64,000 nucleotides of DNA from Williopsis jadinii (lineage: Eukaryota), in the NCBI GenBank assembly GCA_024346625.1, contig AP024665.1, positions 2,170,001-2,234,000 on the forward strand, in the 5' to 3' direction. Position 1 is the stretch's first letter. Each line of letters starts with the position of its first letter. The notes beneath the pieces were generated by a model, which had not been told where the DNA came from, made no database searches, and saw only the letters and a list, made by a program, of their open reading frames with translations. The position numbers and the translations under genes are program-made. Below are positions 1 to 12,094 of the stretch, one piece after another.

Positions 1-252
1 AGTAGAAATCTACAAACCTCGCCAACAAGATCCTCAGGGTGTTGATCCACTGTGTCATTGTCTCTGTTCTCCGTATATTTGGTACTTTTCCCCCTTCCAC
101 ATTGTGTTGGAATATACTCTTGTTTGGTTGTAAGGCAAGCTGCGCAGGGCTCCCACGTTGACACATTTTTCAACATTGGAATCCAACACTAGGTCTATTG
201 CACTTTCTCAGCATCAGATTCAGTCTGTTCAAGAATACATGTACCCAAGAAT

Positions 253-1179
253 ATGGACCAAAGACCAGAGTCACCACGTACTCCACCACCGTTCTTCAAC
301 TTTTCCCCGGATTTGAAGAACTATAGGGCATTTCTTAAGTCCCCCAATGCTGTGGTGGATAGCGATGCTAGCAAGTTTGCCCTCTCAGAGATGGACTTCG
401 AGTCAGCATACGCTTTACTGACAACCACACCTGACTTTCAAATACCCACAACCCCAGGTGCGAATCAGCTTCCTCCACTAGGTCAGGAGATGGACTTCAA
501 AGAGACCTTTCTCCCAAATAAGCCACCTAGTCCAAATGTTCTACCTTCAGTGGTACCCAATTGGCAATTTGATATCGGCCAACCTTCACCTAAATACCAT
601 GAGCTTTTGTCAGTCAACGAGACAAATGCGCTGGAGAACTTCTTGGATAGTATCATTGACGTTCCAGCCAGGAATAAGCAGAATGGTGAGGCCGCAACAG
701 GCAACAAAAGGCTTTTCCAAACAGCATTTCCATCGATCTCGGAGGAAGAATCGTTGGCACAGCAGGATAACGTTGGACTTGAACTGGCACTTCAGCAACC
801 TTTAGAGACATCTGATGATACAACCAATGTTTCTTCTGCATACACTAATCCTTACGGTGGCGAATACGTTGAAACACAGCCATCATCTGCATCTGAGACT
901 CCACAGCCCGTTGTTAAGAAGCAGAGGAAGAAGAGGAAGAACTTGTTAACAGAAGATCAGAAGAAGTTACACCACACAACGAGTGAAAAGAGACGTAGAG
1001 GGCAGATCAAAGAAAGCTTTGATCGACTTGTGAGTTTATTACCTTTGATAGATTCCACCGAGAAGAAATCAAAAAGTAAAAGTGTTGTACTGGAGACAGC
1101 AGGTAATGAAATCGATAAATTGATAAGGATAAATCAAGAGCTCAAGAAACTATTGAATGGTTCCGCTACAACGTCCTGA
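253..1179 (+). CDS. INO2: bHLH transcription activator of phospholipid biosynthesis (Ino2-like)
   Basis: C-terminal bHLH (HHTTSEKRRRGQIKESFDRLVSLLP). Also has the Ino2-type activation motifs MDFESAYALL and LLSVNETNALENFLDSII. Confidence 0.8.
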   Translation: MDQRPESPRTPPPFFNFSPDLKNYRAFLKSPNAVVDSDASKFALSEMDFESAYALLTTTPDFQIPTTPGANQLPPLGQEMDFKETFLPNKPPSPNVLPSVVPNWQFDIGQPSPKYHELLSVNETNALENFLDSIIDVPARNKQNGEAATGNKRLFQTAFPSISEEESLAQQDNVGLELALQQPLETSDDTTNVSSAYTNPYGGEYVETQPSSASETPQPVVKKQRKKRKNLLTEDQKKLHHTTSEKRRRGQIKESFDRLVSLLPLIDSTEKKSKSKSVVLETAGNEIDKLIRINQELKKLLNGSATTS

Positions 1180-1368
1180 ATTCACCAATAGATTAATATG
1201 CATTGGTATTAGTGTCTTAACTGTTTTAATATTGATGAAGTCATGCATACAATGTGCAATAACGATCCCAAAGTAGTATCATAGAAAGCAATTAGGATGG
1301 GAGCGTAACACGAAACACAGCCAAGTGTGTAGTGAAATATATATATAAATAGCGGGGCCCTTCTAAGA

Positions 1369-3252
1369 TCAAGGGTTCATAAAATGGTCATTTATGTCAA
1401 TGTTGAGACCAGACGCAAGGTTTGTTGTGGTCATTGAAGGCAATCCACCACCGAGGAAGTCCAACATCATATGCATACCACCACCTCCGCTATAGTCATC
1501 AACATCTGCTGGTAACACCTTCGAAACACCTTCCAAGAACCATACTTTATCCTTCATCTCTGTGGTGAATCCTCTGAGAAGAGAATAATAACTTCTCATG
1601 ATTCTCATTGCTGATAGATCTCCAGACATTAAAAGAACCAGAAAGGTTTTATCCAGTAGTGCTGGAAATGCAAAGATCCGTAGAATGAAGTCTGATTTGT
1701 ACTTCTCGTGGTTTAACTTATCCAAATAAGCCAACGTAATCAGATAAGGCGAGTCGTACTCCACGGGGTACAAATCAGCAATGGAGTCGTCAAAGCATAC
1801 CAGATCAGATATCGACCCATTCTTATCGTTTATGATGTCACCCAAATCGCTCAAGTCCACGCTGATGAATTTATAGAAGCGAGACGTTACCGGCAAGGGC
1901 CAGACAGCAGTGAGAATAGTAGCGGCGCCCTTAACGTGGAAGATCCAGGCCGAAGCCGGAAGAGACGTGGGTGATAATGAAGAAGGTAACGATGCATTAG
2001 CCAACGAGTCCATGATCAAAATGAGAGCTGATGCAACTAGTGCATCTGTGTTGTTACCAGAGATTTCTAACACTGCCTCACGAAGCAACCGAAGTGCTTC
2101 GCCCCTGTGATGTGTGACATGTTTTTCAAAATGCTTCTCAGTCCTTGAAAGATGGGTAGCAGAGAATGCCAATATCGAATGCATCAAAAAGGGGAATTCA
2201 AACGCAAGATTTGGTATATCTTCAATCCATATCTTTTCTTCAGATATACCTGCAGTAGTGATCGTTGGTGCAACAACTCTTGTGTAGTGGTACATCAATC
2301 TCAAGTCAACAATGTTCAGCCCAGTGGACGATGCATATGGTATACCAGAGGAAGATGGCAGACTAGTGGTAAAGTCTTGGCCACTGGTCATTGGCTGGTG
2401 CATTGATAGAGGTGAAGGAGCTGAAGTCGGTGACATCGTTGGTTGCGGTGAAATTGTAGGGTTGTTGGTGATTGAATCCAGATTTACCGACAGAGTATTG
2501 TCATTAGCTGGCTCGTTAGCTGAAGTTGATGAAAGTGCATTTGTTGCGCTTAAAAGCTGGCTCAACTGACCACCATTGATAAGTTGGCCTAGTTGACCTC
2601 CGAGTTGGCCTAATTGGCTCAATTGACCCAACTGGCCTAGCTGCCCGAGATGGCCAAGTTGTTCAAGATTCCCCAATTGGCCTATTTGGCCCAGCTGGCC
2701 CAGCTGGCCCAACATTGATGATATTCCAGGCGGTGGTGGCACCGCAGAGGGCGATTTCACGCTGAAAGTAGGTAGCCCGTTCTGTTCCATCAGCCGCTCT
2801 AACTTAGCAGTGCCTTGTTCCATGAAGCTCTTGGTGATTGGAGCACCGGGGCTCTCCGTCACAATGTCCGGAGGCTTTGGCGTAGAATCTGTAGCCGCTG
2901 CGGTGATGGATGACGCTGACTGCTTTCTGGGTATCGATGATTTGCGGGAAGGCGGCGACTGCGAGCTCTTTGGCGGTTGATGTTGAATCTTCTCTGCCAA
3001 AAGATACGTACATTCAATGCCCATATTCTTGCACTTCACACAGATCGGCTTCCCTTCGTCGCACTTCACACGTCTTCTCTTACACGTATCGCATCCCAGC
3101 TTGGACTTGTTGTGGAATTTCCTCTTCCCAGTGGATGTTCTGCTCACCTTCTTGCCGTCTTTTTCAATCAGGTCGGGCCTCGAGCCGCTGCTTCGGCGCC
3201 TCTCCAGGCCATCGCCATTGGCATCCATCTCCATCATCACTGTGTCCTTCAT
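1369..3252 (-). CDS. UPC2: Zn(II)2Cys6 sterol-regulatory transcription factor (Upc2/Ecm22)
   Basis: [30 protein letters not shown] zinc cluster; C-terminal sterol-binding domain ending [19 protein letters not shown]. First ATG is at 3252 (the ORF track starts at a GTG). Confidence 0.93.
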   Translation of the reverse strand: MKDTVMMEMDANGDGLERRRSSGSRPDLIEKDGKKVSRTSTGKRKFHNKSKLGCDTCKRRRVKCDEGKPICVKCKNMGIECTYLLAEKIQHQPPKSSQSPPSRKSSIPRKQSASSITAAATDSTPKPPDIVTESPGAPITKSFMEQGTAKLERLMEQNGLPTFSVKSPSAVPPPPGISSMLGQLGQLGQIGQLGNLEQLGHLGQLGQLGQLSQLGQLGGQLGQLINGGQLSQLLSATNALSSTSANEPANDNTLSVNLDSITNNPTISPQPTMSPTSAPSPLSMHQPMTSGQDFTTSLPSSSGIPYASSTGLNIVDLRLMYHYTRVVAPTITTAGISEEKIWIEDIPNLAFEFPFLMHSILAFSATHLSRTEKHFEKHVTHHRGEALRLLREAVLEISGNNTDALVASALILIMDSLANASLPSSLSPTSLPASAWIFHVKGAATILTAVWPLPVTSRFYKFISVDLSDLGDIINDKNGSISDLVCFDDSIADLYPVEYDSPYLITLAYLDKLNHEKYKSDFILRIFAFPALLDKTFLVLLMSGDLSAMRIMRSYYSLLRGFTTEMKDKVWFLEGVSKVLPADVDDYSGGGGMHMMLDFLGGGLPSMTTTNLASGLNIDINDHFMNP

Positions 3253-3700
3253 AGTACAAAACAATAGTGCCCACACTCACTCTCCCAACCTGAAAGAAAA
3301 CACACAACTTTCAAACACCGGAAAAGAACAGCAGACAGCTATCTTCACCAACCTGTTCCTCGGAACCGCGCGTGTGGATCAAAACCTCACCAGATGGCGC
3401 TCTTGAACCGTCTCCAAGCGTGTCACCAAACGTAGCTGCGAAACTACAACAACAGGCCTCCCAGTACGGCAAAAAAAGAAACCAAAACAGAAGATGGTGC
3501 GATTGTTTCGGTCACGTGGTTGGACTCTCCGCTGGCTCTCTCCAAACAACAACACAATTACAACGTTCAATGAGGATCCGTCCAGTTGAATCGACGTTTC
3601 CCTTTGGGCTGCTGAGGAGCTTGTTGATTTGTTTGGGTTCGCAAACCGTTTGGGGGTTGTTTATAGGGGAAACGATGCTGAAGAGAAAGCGGATGAGTCT

Positions 3701-3846
3701 TAAACGAGCGAGTTTTCCCGCGTTCAGCCCCTAAACGAATTGCGCGTTTCTGTTTTCGCAGTTTCGCAGTTTCGCCGTTTTGCGGTGGTTGCGGCTGCGT
3801 GCTCGTTTAGCGGAGCGAGATTTGCACAAGGCAAACAGCTAAACGA
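3701..3846. promoter_or_regulatory. Cluster of four Upc2-type sterol response elements TCGTTTA(G) upstream of UPC2
   Basis: TAAACGA 3701-3707, CTAAACGA 3731-3738, TCGTTTAG 3803-3810, CTAAACGA 3839-3846. A Cbf1-type GTCACGTG lies at 3511-3518. Confidence 0.7.
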
Positions 3847-3958
3847 CGGGCGATGCCCTTGGGCACACCCGGACACCAGCGGTGATTGCGAGCAGTGCAT
3901 CTACACTGTTTTACAGATATGAATACGCCTTTTATGTACTATAAAGAGACTCTGGAGG

Positions 3959-5699
3959 TTAGTGGTCGTGTGGGTCCTCCTTGACAGGCTCAGGATCGAC
4001 TGTGATCATCGTGTCAATTCTGAGGATCGCAATGCACGCCTCCAAGGCCGACTTCAAGGACTTGATCTTGGACATTGTTGGCTCAAGGACACCGGCTTTG
4101 GCCTCGTCGACAACTTTGCCCTTGATGAGATCCAACCCGTAGTTTCTGTAGTTCTTTCTCTTGACATCCGTTGGCAGAGCAGACTGGCTAGCACTGTGGT
4201 ACGATCTCAACTTGGCGATCAAATCGGATGCATCTTTGGCTGCGTTCGAAGCCAATGTCTTTGGAATGGTCAAGAGCGCACTCGCAAACTCTGCAATTGG
4301 TAATTGCTCACGAGAGCCCACTGTAGTGGCAAAGTTCTCCAAATAGATGTTCAGGGCAACTTCAACAGCACCACCACCTGGTACAACATTGCCAGACTCC
4401 AACGTTCTCTTGATCACACAAAGCGAATCGTGCAATGATCTCTCCATCTCATCCAACGTGTAGTCGTTTGGACCTCTCAGGATGATCGACGAGGATGAGT
4501 GAGCTTTGGTTCCCTTGATAAGGATACACTCATCGTCAGAAATTCTCTCCTGTACAACTTCTTCTGCATAACCCAAGTAACTGGATTCGAAAGTTTCATC
4601 ACCTTCCAAATTCGACAAGTTACTCAAGAAAGTTGCGCCTGTAGCTCTTGCGATTCTTCTCAAATCTTCCTTCTTACAACGTCTAACAGCCATGACCCCT
4701 GCTTCGACAAACTCCTTCAAACACAAATCGTCAATACCCTTCGTCGTCAAAACAACGTTTGCACCTGCAGCTATTATCTTTTTAATTCTCTCCAATACAA
4801 TCCCATATTCTCTCTTACGAATTTCCTCCAATTGCTCTGGATCATCAATGTTTATCTGAACTCCCAAAGCCATCTTGGCCTTCTGTAAGTTGATATCCAA
4901 GCATGCAATCTTTGCATTTGAGATTTTCTTCAACATGGCTTGGGAAGCAACAGTACAGTTCAGCGCATAGCCAGCAACGAGTTGAGATTCAGTGGACGAC
5001 TTACCATGTGCTTTAAGGATGTTGACTGCCTTGACAGGGTACTTCACCTCACCTTTACCATTTTGGGTCTTTACTGCCAACATGGAATCAACTGCCAATT
5101 TGGAAAAGAAATCTGAGTCGGCACCAATGATCTTTGACGACATCGAGGTCTTTGCGATGTTGATGATGGTCTCTTTACCCAAACTACTAACAGGCTGTGA
5201 CAAAACGTCATTGATGTACTTTGTAGCCTCTCTCAGTGCAACTCTATAACCTGTGATGATCGTTGTAGGATGAATCTGATTCTTGACAAGTTCATTGGCT
5301 CTCTTCAACAATTCTGCTGCAATTATCACAACAGATGTTGTTCCGTCTCCAACTTCTCTATCTTGTTGTTGTGCTAGGTCAACGAGAATCTTACCAGCTG
5401 GATGCTGTACATCGAGCAAACTCAAGATTGTAGCACCGTCATTCGTGACAACGACATCACCAATGTCATCCACAAGCATCTTATCAAGACCAACTGGACC
5501 CAATGAAGATTTGACAACGTTTGCCACGGCCTGTGCCGCCAATACGTTTTGGTTACGGATATCCTCACCGCTCACCTTTTCACCACCAAGAACTAGACTA
5601 GATGTTAGTAACGTGAAATCTTTCACGCAAATGCATCAACAAAGTTATTCAATACATACAGAGCGTGTCTGAACGAGAAGGGCCGAATACCTGAGCCAT
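3959..5699 (-). CDS. TCP1: Chaperonin CCT alpha subunit; 2 exons (5699-5660, 5592-3959), about 557 aa
   Basis: GDGTTSV and TNDGATIL motifs. Intron 5659-5593 has GTATGT...TACTAAC...TAG, and splicing it restores [19 protein letters not shown]. Confidence 0.97.
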
Positions 5700-6301
5700 T
5701 TTCTTTGAACAATTTGGTTACTTAGTGCTGATGGGCCTTAACAGGTTGAGCTCGATGGATGAGTGTGTTTGTGTATTTTTTTTCGTTGTTTTTCTCGCCA
5801 TCGAGCACAACAACACGCCCGTGAGTTTGAATTAGTTAGTGCTGAAATTTACGCTCAAGGTATTTGGCTGAGCCACATAGTTAAGCTAGGCAGGGCGGTC
5901 TGAAATTTACGCTGCTACTTCCGAGCTCAAAGGAGAAAAACAAGGAGGAAAAGTGTTCATTTTTTGTACTGGTGTTATATTGAAGGCATACTCTCTATTT
6001 GTTTGAGATACCATCCACTTATAGAGGCATATTGAGCGAAGCTAAGCAACGAGTAGCGTATAGAAACGGAACCTGGATTGGAAGAGTGATGGGGAATGGA
6101 ATTGGACGGAGGAAATTTGGGTGATTGGGTTGGTGATGAAATCACAAAGAAACCAACATCACTGGTGGTAAAATTGTAGTATTAGCAGTAATAGTCGTTG
6201 CAATAGCACTGCTGTACCCCTGAGAATAATGTTAGAGAAAGGGTTGCGTAGTAGTAATAGTTAAAAAGAGAGAAGGTTCTAAATTATGACGTTGATACTG
6301 T

Positions 6302-7002
6302 TCAAAGGATTACACACTTCTTCTTTCTCTTTGTCTGGACAGCTTCTGGCTCTAGGGCCGCCACTATGGCCTCATCAAAGACATTCTTCAAGCCTCTTTG
6401 CGTCAGTGCAGAGCACTCCACGTATTTCACTGCACCGAGCTGTCTAGCGAGTTTCTCACCTTCCTCTGGTCTTATTGGAGCAGCGTTTTGTCTCTTCAAT
6501 CTTTCAATGATGATTGGATCGTCTCTCAAATCAACTTGGGTTCCAACAATGATGGCAGGGACACCTGGCGCGTGGTGGTGGATCTCTGGGAACCACTTCT
6601 CCTTCACGTTTTCAAAAGACGAAGGTGACGTGACGGAAAAGCACACCAAGAATACATCTGTTGACGGATAACTCAATGGACGCAAACGGTCATAGTCCTC
6701 CTGTCCGGCGGTATCAAACAATCCAAACGTATAAGGCTCATCGCCAATCATCACGGTGACCGCATAGTTGTCAAACACCGTTGGCACGTAATCAGCAGGG
6801 AACTTGTTTGTAGTGTACGATATAAGAAGACATGTCTGGTGGTTTTTGTTGGTCAGTTTCATGCTCAGCCAAAGGGGGAGGGGGTTGGAGCCAAAGATTA
6901 GAAATCCCAAACAAATGGATCCAATTCGTAGACATATAAAAGAAAAGAACTCACCTTTCCGACAGCACCATCACCCACGACAACACACTTGATCGTTTGC
7001 AT
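6302..7002 (-). CDS. CDC42: Rho GTPase Cdc42; 2 exons (7002-6955, 6835-6302), about 193 aa
   Basis: Exon 1 [16 protein letters not shown] joins [30 protein letters not shown] and C-terminal CVIL CAAX present. Intron is GTGAGT...AACTGAC...CAG. Confidence 0.97.
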
Positions 7003-7582
7003 TTTTTATAACCTTCTTAGCTTATATTTATGTGTGTATGTGTGTGTTTTACTGCTTTTATTGTTTTCAGTACTTTGAGATTGAGAACTGTTCTTTTTTG
7101 TCGTTCTCTGTAATCAGCGGGCGAGAAAAACCACAAAAGCGAGACGAAAAACAAACGGAAAACGAAAAAAATTAAAACGAAAACAGCTGTTTTTGCCTTA
7201 CCCTTTATGAAATTTCGCGGTCAATTTGCACGAGAAGAGTTTCCCCCTTTGGCGAAATTAATTTTGTGGTTTAATTATTTTCGCAACGCCGACGTGTTTT
7301 TGGTGATATTTTATAAGTCCGATTTTTTCATTGTTTGTTTATTTATTTTCGTCCCTTTGTTTGTATTGAGCACATTCTCAACGCCTTAAGCTGTAAGAGT
7401 TTAGTTGAATCAGCTCCTTTTTCGCTTAGCTACGCCATTCCAACTGTATCTATCGGCATGTGAATTCCGCATAGATGCTATACCAAACTAATTCCTTTGG
7501 GAACAGAGAGATCCTCCTACATAAAACGCACGTCTTATCCTCGGTCTGGGTGCGTGTCGGTTTCGAAAGACAAGAGCGCTTC

Positions 7583-10500
7583 TCAAACCTCTGCTGTGCA
7601 GTGACATCCACACCCGGTGGCACAGAGATCGGATTGTTTCCACCAATCGCACGCACATCTCATGTGAAGAGAATGGCCACATTTTGGGCATATGTACACG
7701 CCTCTGGTCATCTTCATTCCGCAGTAAACACAGTTCTTCGCAATGTACTGGTATAACTTATCAGTGATAAGCCCATGGCTCCCCACTGTTGTCGTGTCCT
7801 CCCAGCTGATCTTTCCCCTGTGTGAGTCCGTAACAGGTATTGATAACGTATAGTTGAATTTTAGGAGCTCAGTACGGCGCAAGACATGGCCCCAAGTGTA
7901 CAGAATGTTCGCGTACTCGTCACGATATCTGTTGTACCTCCCATCCTCCGGATCTATGAGGGATATACCAAACGTCTCTTCAGAGTACCCCATCTCGATT
8001 TCGTTGAACATTTCAACCTTTACATTGAGATGAGGAGCACCCCGAATATCGGTGCAAACACTGGGGCTTCTAGAAAATGGGAAACGATAGTGTGAATCAG
8101 AATAGTTTGAGCCTGTGCCAGTATCGCTCATCGACGCCAGACGATAGTTTCTAAAAGATCCGATTTCCACACTAGGCGGCTGGGTGTTCTCGTCTTGTTT
8201 GGAGAACAGAGAAGGGTACAGAATGCAGCTCATCATTGCAAGCATTTGCACGTTTTGAAGCTTCTCGTAGTACTCCATCATCTCCTGTATCAACCAAGTC
8301 CGACCAAATGGATGTACTCCCCAGTAGAAATTTTTGTTCAAAATGAATGATAACACCATCCAGGAATCGTATAAGTCAGTGTATCCATATCTGGCACACA
8401 CATTAGCATTGTGCAATGCCAATTCATCTGGGGGTGCACCAGTGATGGAATACTCCTCTGCTAGCTCCATCTTTGCGGGTATAAGATCTTGGAAATCGAA
8501 GATTGCAACAATGTTCTTGTCAATAACGTTCGACGTATTGTTTGATTTCTCAGTCGGTAACGAATCATGGTATTGATAATTTTGGATCTTGAAAACTCCA
8601 GGCAATCTGTTCCTCGTGTCCTTTTGCAAAATGTCGTTCCAATCATCGTTTAAACTGTCATCACTTAACTGGTCGTCGTCGTATATAACTTTGTTGCTGA
8701 ATCCACCCTGATCAAATTTAAGGGTCTTCTGTGACTTATTCTGTTGCTTTGGTATGAAAAAACATACAAGTTGTCCAGTTTTAGTCCATGATGCTCCACA
8801 TCCTTTAGGAATTGGAGTACTGTCAAAGGTTGTCGCCTTGCCCAATATAGATGATCTCATTGGGATTAATTCGTCTTCTTCATCCTCATCACTCGATTCA
8901 ACACTTGACTGTAAGGACTCAAATCCGTCATCCATCTTGAGATCGTCATCTGAAACATCCCCGGTGTCAATGTCATACAAGTTATCCAAATCGATCTTTT
9001 CACCCATCAGGAATCTCAAACATGGTTCTAATGAGAATCTGTTCACCTCTGAATATTTAGAAGAGATTTCCGTTAAGTGAGCTAAAATTTCTTGCCTTTT
9101 ATCGTTGGAAAGCTCTCGATTCTCTTCAATGCTGAAAACTGGAGGTTTGCTAGGATACTCTCTTGGAAATTTGAACTCTACTCTCATGAAAACCAGGCTA
9201 TCATTTTCACCACTAGACCATGGTCCATTCAACGAAAACACTAGAGTACCAGTGGAGACTGAAATCTTTTCAAACTTAACCTTGGGGAACTTATGTCCAA
9301 CAACACTTACTTCCTCCCCGAGATTTCCAGGTGAGCTGTCGACTATTAAACTGTTTGGATTCTGGGTTTGCAACGGTGGTGCAAAGGCTGATCTTCCAAT
9401 TCTCACCCCTGATATCCAATTGAGGTGATCATCAGTACTTCTTCCCCCGTTTACACCACGACTGCATACAAATGTATCCTTTGTCTTGTTCAACGTGAGT
9501 TCACTCTCTTTAACCCCCGGCTCCTCGCTATAGGTTCTATAGTCATAAGGTTCCAAGTCCATTGCACCACCTCGGTGGAAGTCCAATTTGTCGTACAGTT
9601 CGTTGTCCAAACTCCAAAGCCTTAAATCGCAGTCTTTTGACCAAGTCACAAGTTGATATTCCCTATCGTCAATTCCATTACTAGAGTACCTCTTTCTCCA
9701 AAGAAAGTCCGTCACTCTGTCTGAATGGCCTTTAAACACTTGGCAAGCATCTAAATTGGACTCTCCTTCCAACTCTGAGTGATTGGTGAGGTAAATTGCG
9801 TTCGATCCTCCTCTCAACGGCATGATAGCACAGCCATGTCCAAAGGGTAAATGTCTAGCTCTCCAAACCGGGAACCCCGTATGAATGACGCTCTTTGCAG
9901 TGGTCAAATCTTCTGATAAGTCCCAGAACTTTACAGTTCCATCGTTAGAAGAACTGACAATCTTATTCTCGTGTGTCCTGCTGAAATCAACACTGTTTAT
10001 CTTTCTATGGTGGGCATCAATTTTATGTAGCGGTTTGATGTTGTTTCTCAAATCCCATACGTAGAAGTAATGGTCATGCGATGAGGATAGAATGTTTGGA
10101 TTCTGGAAGTTCCACTTCACTTGGGAAGCACCTGCCCTCCAGTCTGCCACTGAGTAGAAAGGTCTCTTTGGCTGACGGGTATCCCAGCCAAGGACAAACG
10201 TATCAACAGAGCAGGTAGCTAAAAGATCAGGATGGTTAGGATGGAAGTTGATGTCAGTTATGGCACGAGTATGGCCGTGCAGCACGTGTTCTATAGCGTT
10301 ATCGGCTTTTCTAGCCAAGTTCCACACTGTAGCTTTCTGATTTGATGTTGAGATAACCCACGCAGGTTTTGAAGCATGTGGCGACCATTGAACGTCAGCA
10401 ACTTCCCACGAGGTCAAGTGGTGCAGCCATCTTGGCGGTTTAAAGGGGTCGTCGAGGTCGACAACGTATAATCCTCGGCGACTGATCGTCGTTAGTACTT

Positions 10501-10657
10501 CGTTCAATCTCATCCTATGAAAGACTCACCCTGCTAGAACAACATCTCGACCGCTCGGGCTAATAGAAACAGCGCCAACGCCGCCATCGACCCTCAGCGA
10601 TAGGGAGTTCCCGAAGGTTATGGAATCATATGGGTTGGCTTTATCCTTATTTGTCAT
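7583..10657 (-). CDS. MTC5: SEACAT/GATOR2 subunit Mtc5/Sea3 (WDR59: WD40 + RWD + C-terminal RING); 2 exons (10657-10530, 10481-7583)
   Basis: WD40 repeats, an RWD-like FPREYPSKPP segment, TPIPKGCGASW and a C-terminal Cys/His RING. The 48-nt intron GTGAGT...TACTAAC...CAG restores SPSGRDVVLAGRRGLYVVDL. Confidence 0.9.
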
Positions 10658-11050
10658 TGTATAATGCCGCCATGAAACTATCGCTGTTTCGTTGTCTATA
10701 GCTTCTCTATGGGAACCTATGGAAAAAACTGAAAATTAGGGATGGAGCGCAATGGTCACAACATCGCCAGTTTACGAAGCGTGTATCAGATACAGAGATA
10801 TCATCAATTATTCAATAGATGGTTCAATATAGCGAGAAATAAATAGTATGTCGTATAGAGCATAGCAACCTGTATATAGTAATCCGAATTAAAATAAAAC
10901 CCCATAAGTTCCCTGCAAAATGGGAACAAGCAAAAAAAAAAAACATTGAAGAGAATTAAAAATATAATGTCATTAGCAGTTTCGTCAGTGGACGTTTCTT
11001 GTCCATGGTATTTGTCTTGGTTTTGCTCTTCTGTCATGCTGGATAGCACT

Positions 11051-12094
11051 TCATTGACTGGCGACCCATCTTGAGTTGCACCATCCCTTGACAACAAATT
11101 GCGTTCCTTTGCCCAACACGCCACGGGGGCCCAAGTCCCCATTACGTTCGTCTTCGAATTTGACCCATGGTTTCTTAGCATTTGTCGCCTTCAACGATGT
11201 CATAGAGCCCGTGCAGTTCTTATCCACTTGGATGTACTCCGGCGCATGTTCAAAGGCTGGGTCTTCGCGTGGGGGTAGGACCACACAGCTCCACAAGCGC
11301 TGGCGAACAACAAGAGCAAATTCACGGTCTGAGCCTCTGAAATATGCTGGGTCCTCCAGGAAGCGATTCTCCTCGTCCTGTGAGATCTCTGGTAGCAAGT
11401 TGTTCTCTCTTGCGGATGCCTCATGCGCATAAAGTCTCAAGAACTTGGAGTTGATTCTGGCCTCACGAGCCCTATGCACAGTGATACTGTCGCTTGAGGA
11501 CGACGGCTGAGAGGTCACTTTGTACGTCTCCAGTTCCTGTGTGAAATTGTCCTCAAGGAGACGTAGTGGATGTCTGTCATCTGTTAAGCGCGGTTGGATT
11601 CCAAACAGCAAATCGTTACTCTTGTGTGTGACGGTTGATGTTGAGTTCGTCAAGGACTTGATGGAGCGTGTGAGGTTGGACACAAACGACGCCCTCTTCG
11701 TTAGCGATGGCTCCGCTTCCCTGGTGCTCAACGGCATTATGAGCTGCACTTTCGACGAGACGAAGAACTCCTCCTCGACATCGTCCATGCAGCTAATGGG
11801 GCATTCCAAAGGGTGCGACTCACACGACTCCATCTCGGAGCTCGAAACTGTGAACAGTGAGCTCGAGCAGCTTATGGCCGACGAGTTCAGAGTGTCATTT
11901 GAAGACACGCTGTGGTCTCTTAGGCATAGCTGTGAACATTTCCGCTGGTCTAATATGCTCTGTAGCGACGGCGTCGTTGAGCTTGTTGTATTGGCTGCTG
12001 TGATGCCAGCGCCTTGGCTCTTCGCGGGAATCGGTATCGCAAAGGGCTCGGTAGAGCTATCCTCTAAGAGTATCGTGGATACCTGAACAACCAT
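11051..12094 (-). CDS. Uncharacterised Ser-rich fungal protein, 347 aa
   Basis: Long ATG-initiated ORF with an ordered-looking C-terminal part (REARINSKFLRLYAHE...GVLGKGTQFVVKGWCNSRW). Family not recognised. Confidence 0.7.
   Translation of the reverse strand: MVVQVSTILLEDSSTEPFAIPIPAKSQGAGITAANTTSSTTPSLQSILDQRKCSQLCLRDHSVSSNDTLNSSAISCSSSLFTVSSSEMESCESHPLECPISCMDDVEEEFFVSSKVQLIMPLSTREAEPSLTKRASFVSNLTRSIKSLTNSTSTVTHKSNDLLFGIQPRLTDDRHPLRLLEDNFTQELETYKVTSQPSSSSDSITVHRAREARINSKFLRLYAHEASARENNLLPEISQDEENRFLEDPAYFRGSDREFALVVRQRLWSCVVLPPREDPAFEHAPEYIQVDKNCTGSMTSLKATNAKKPWVKFEDERNGDLGPRGVLGKGTQFVVKGWCNSRWVASQ

Noticed and set aside
3271..3300. GTGAGT and TTTCAG just upstream of the UPC2 ATG (minus strand) as a 5' UTR intron
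   Set aside because: The signals are in the wrong order for one intron and no branch point was found.
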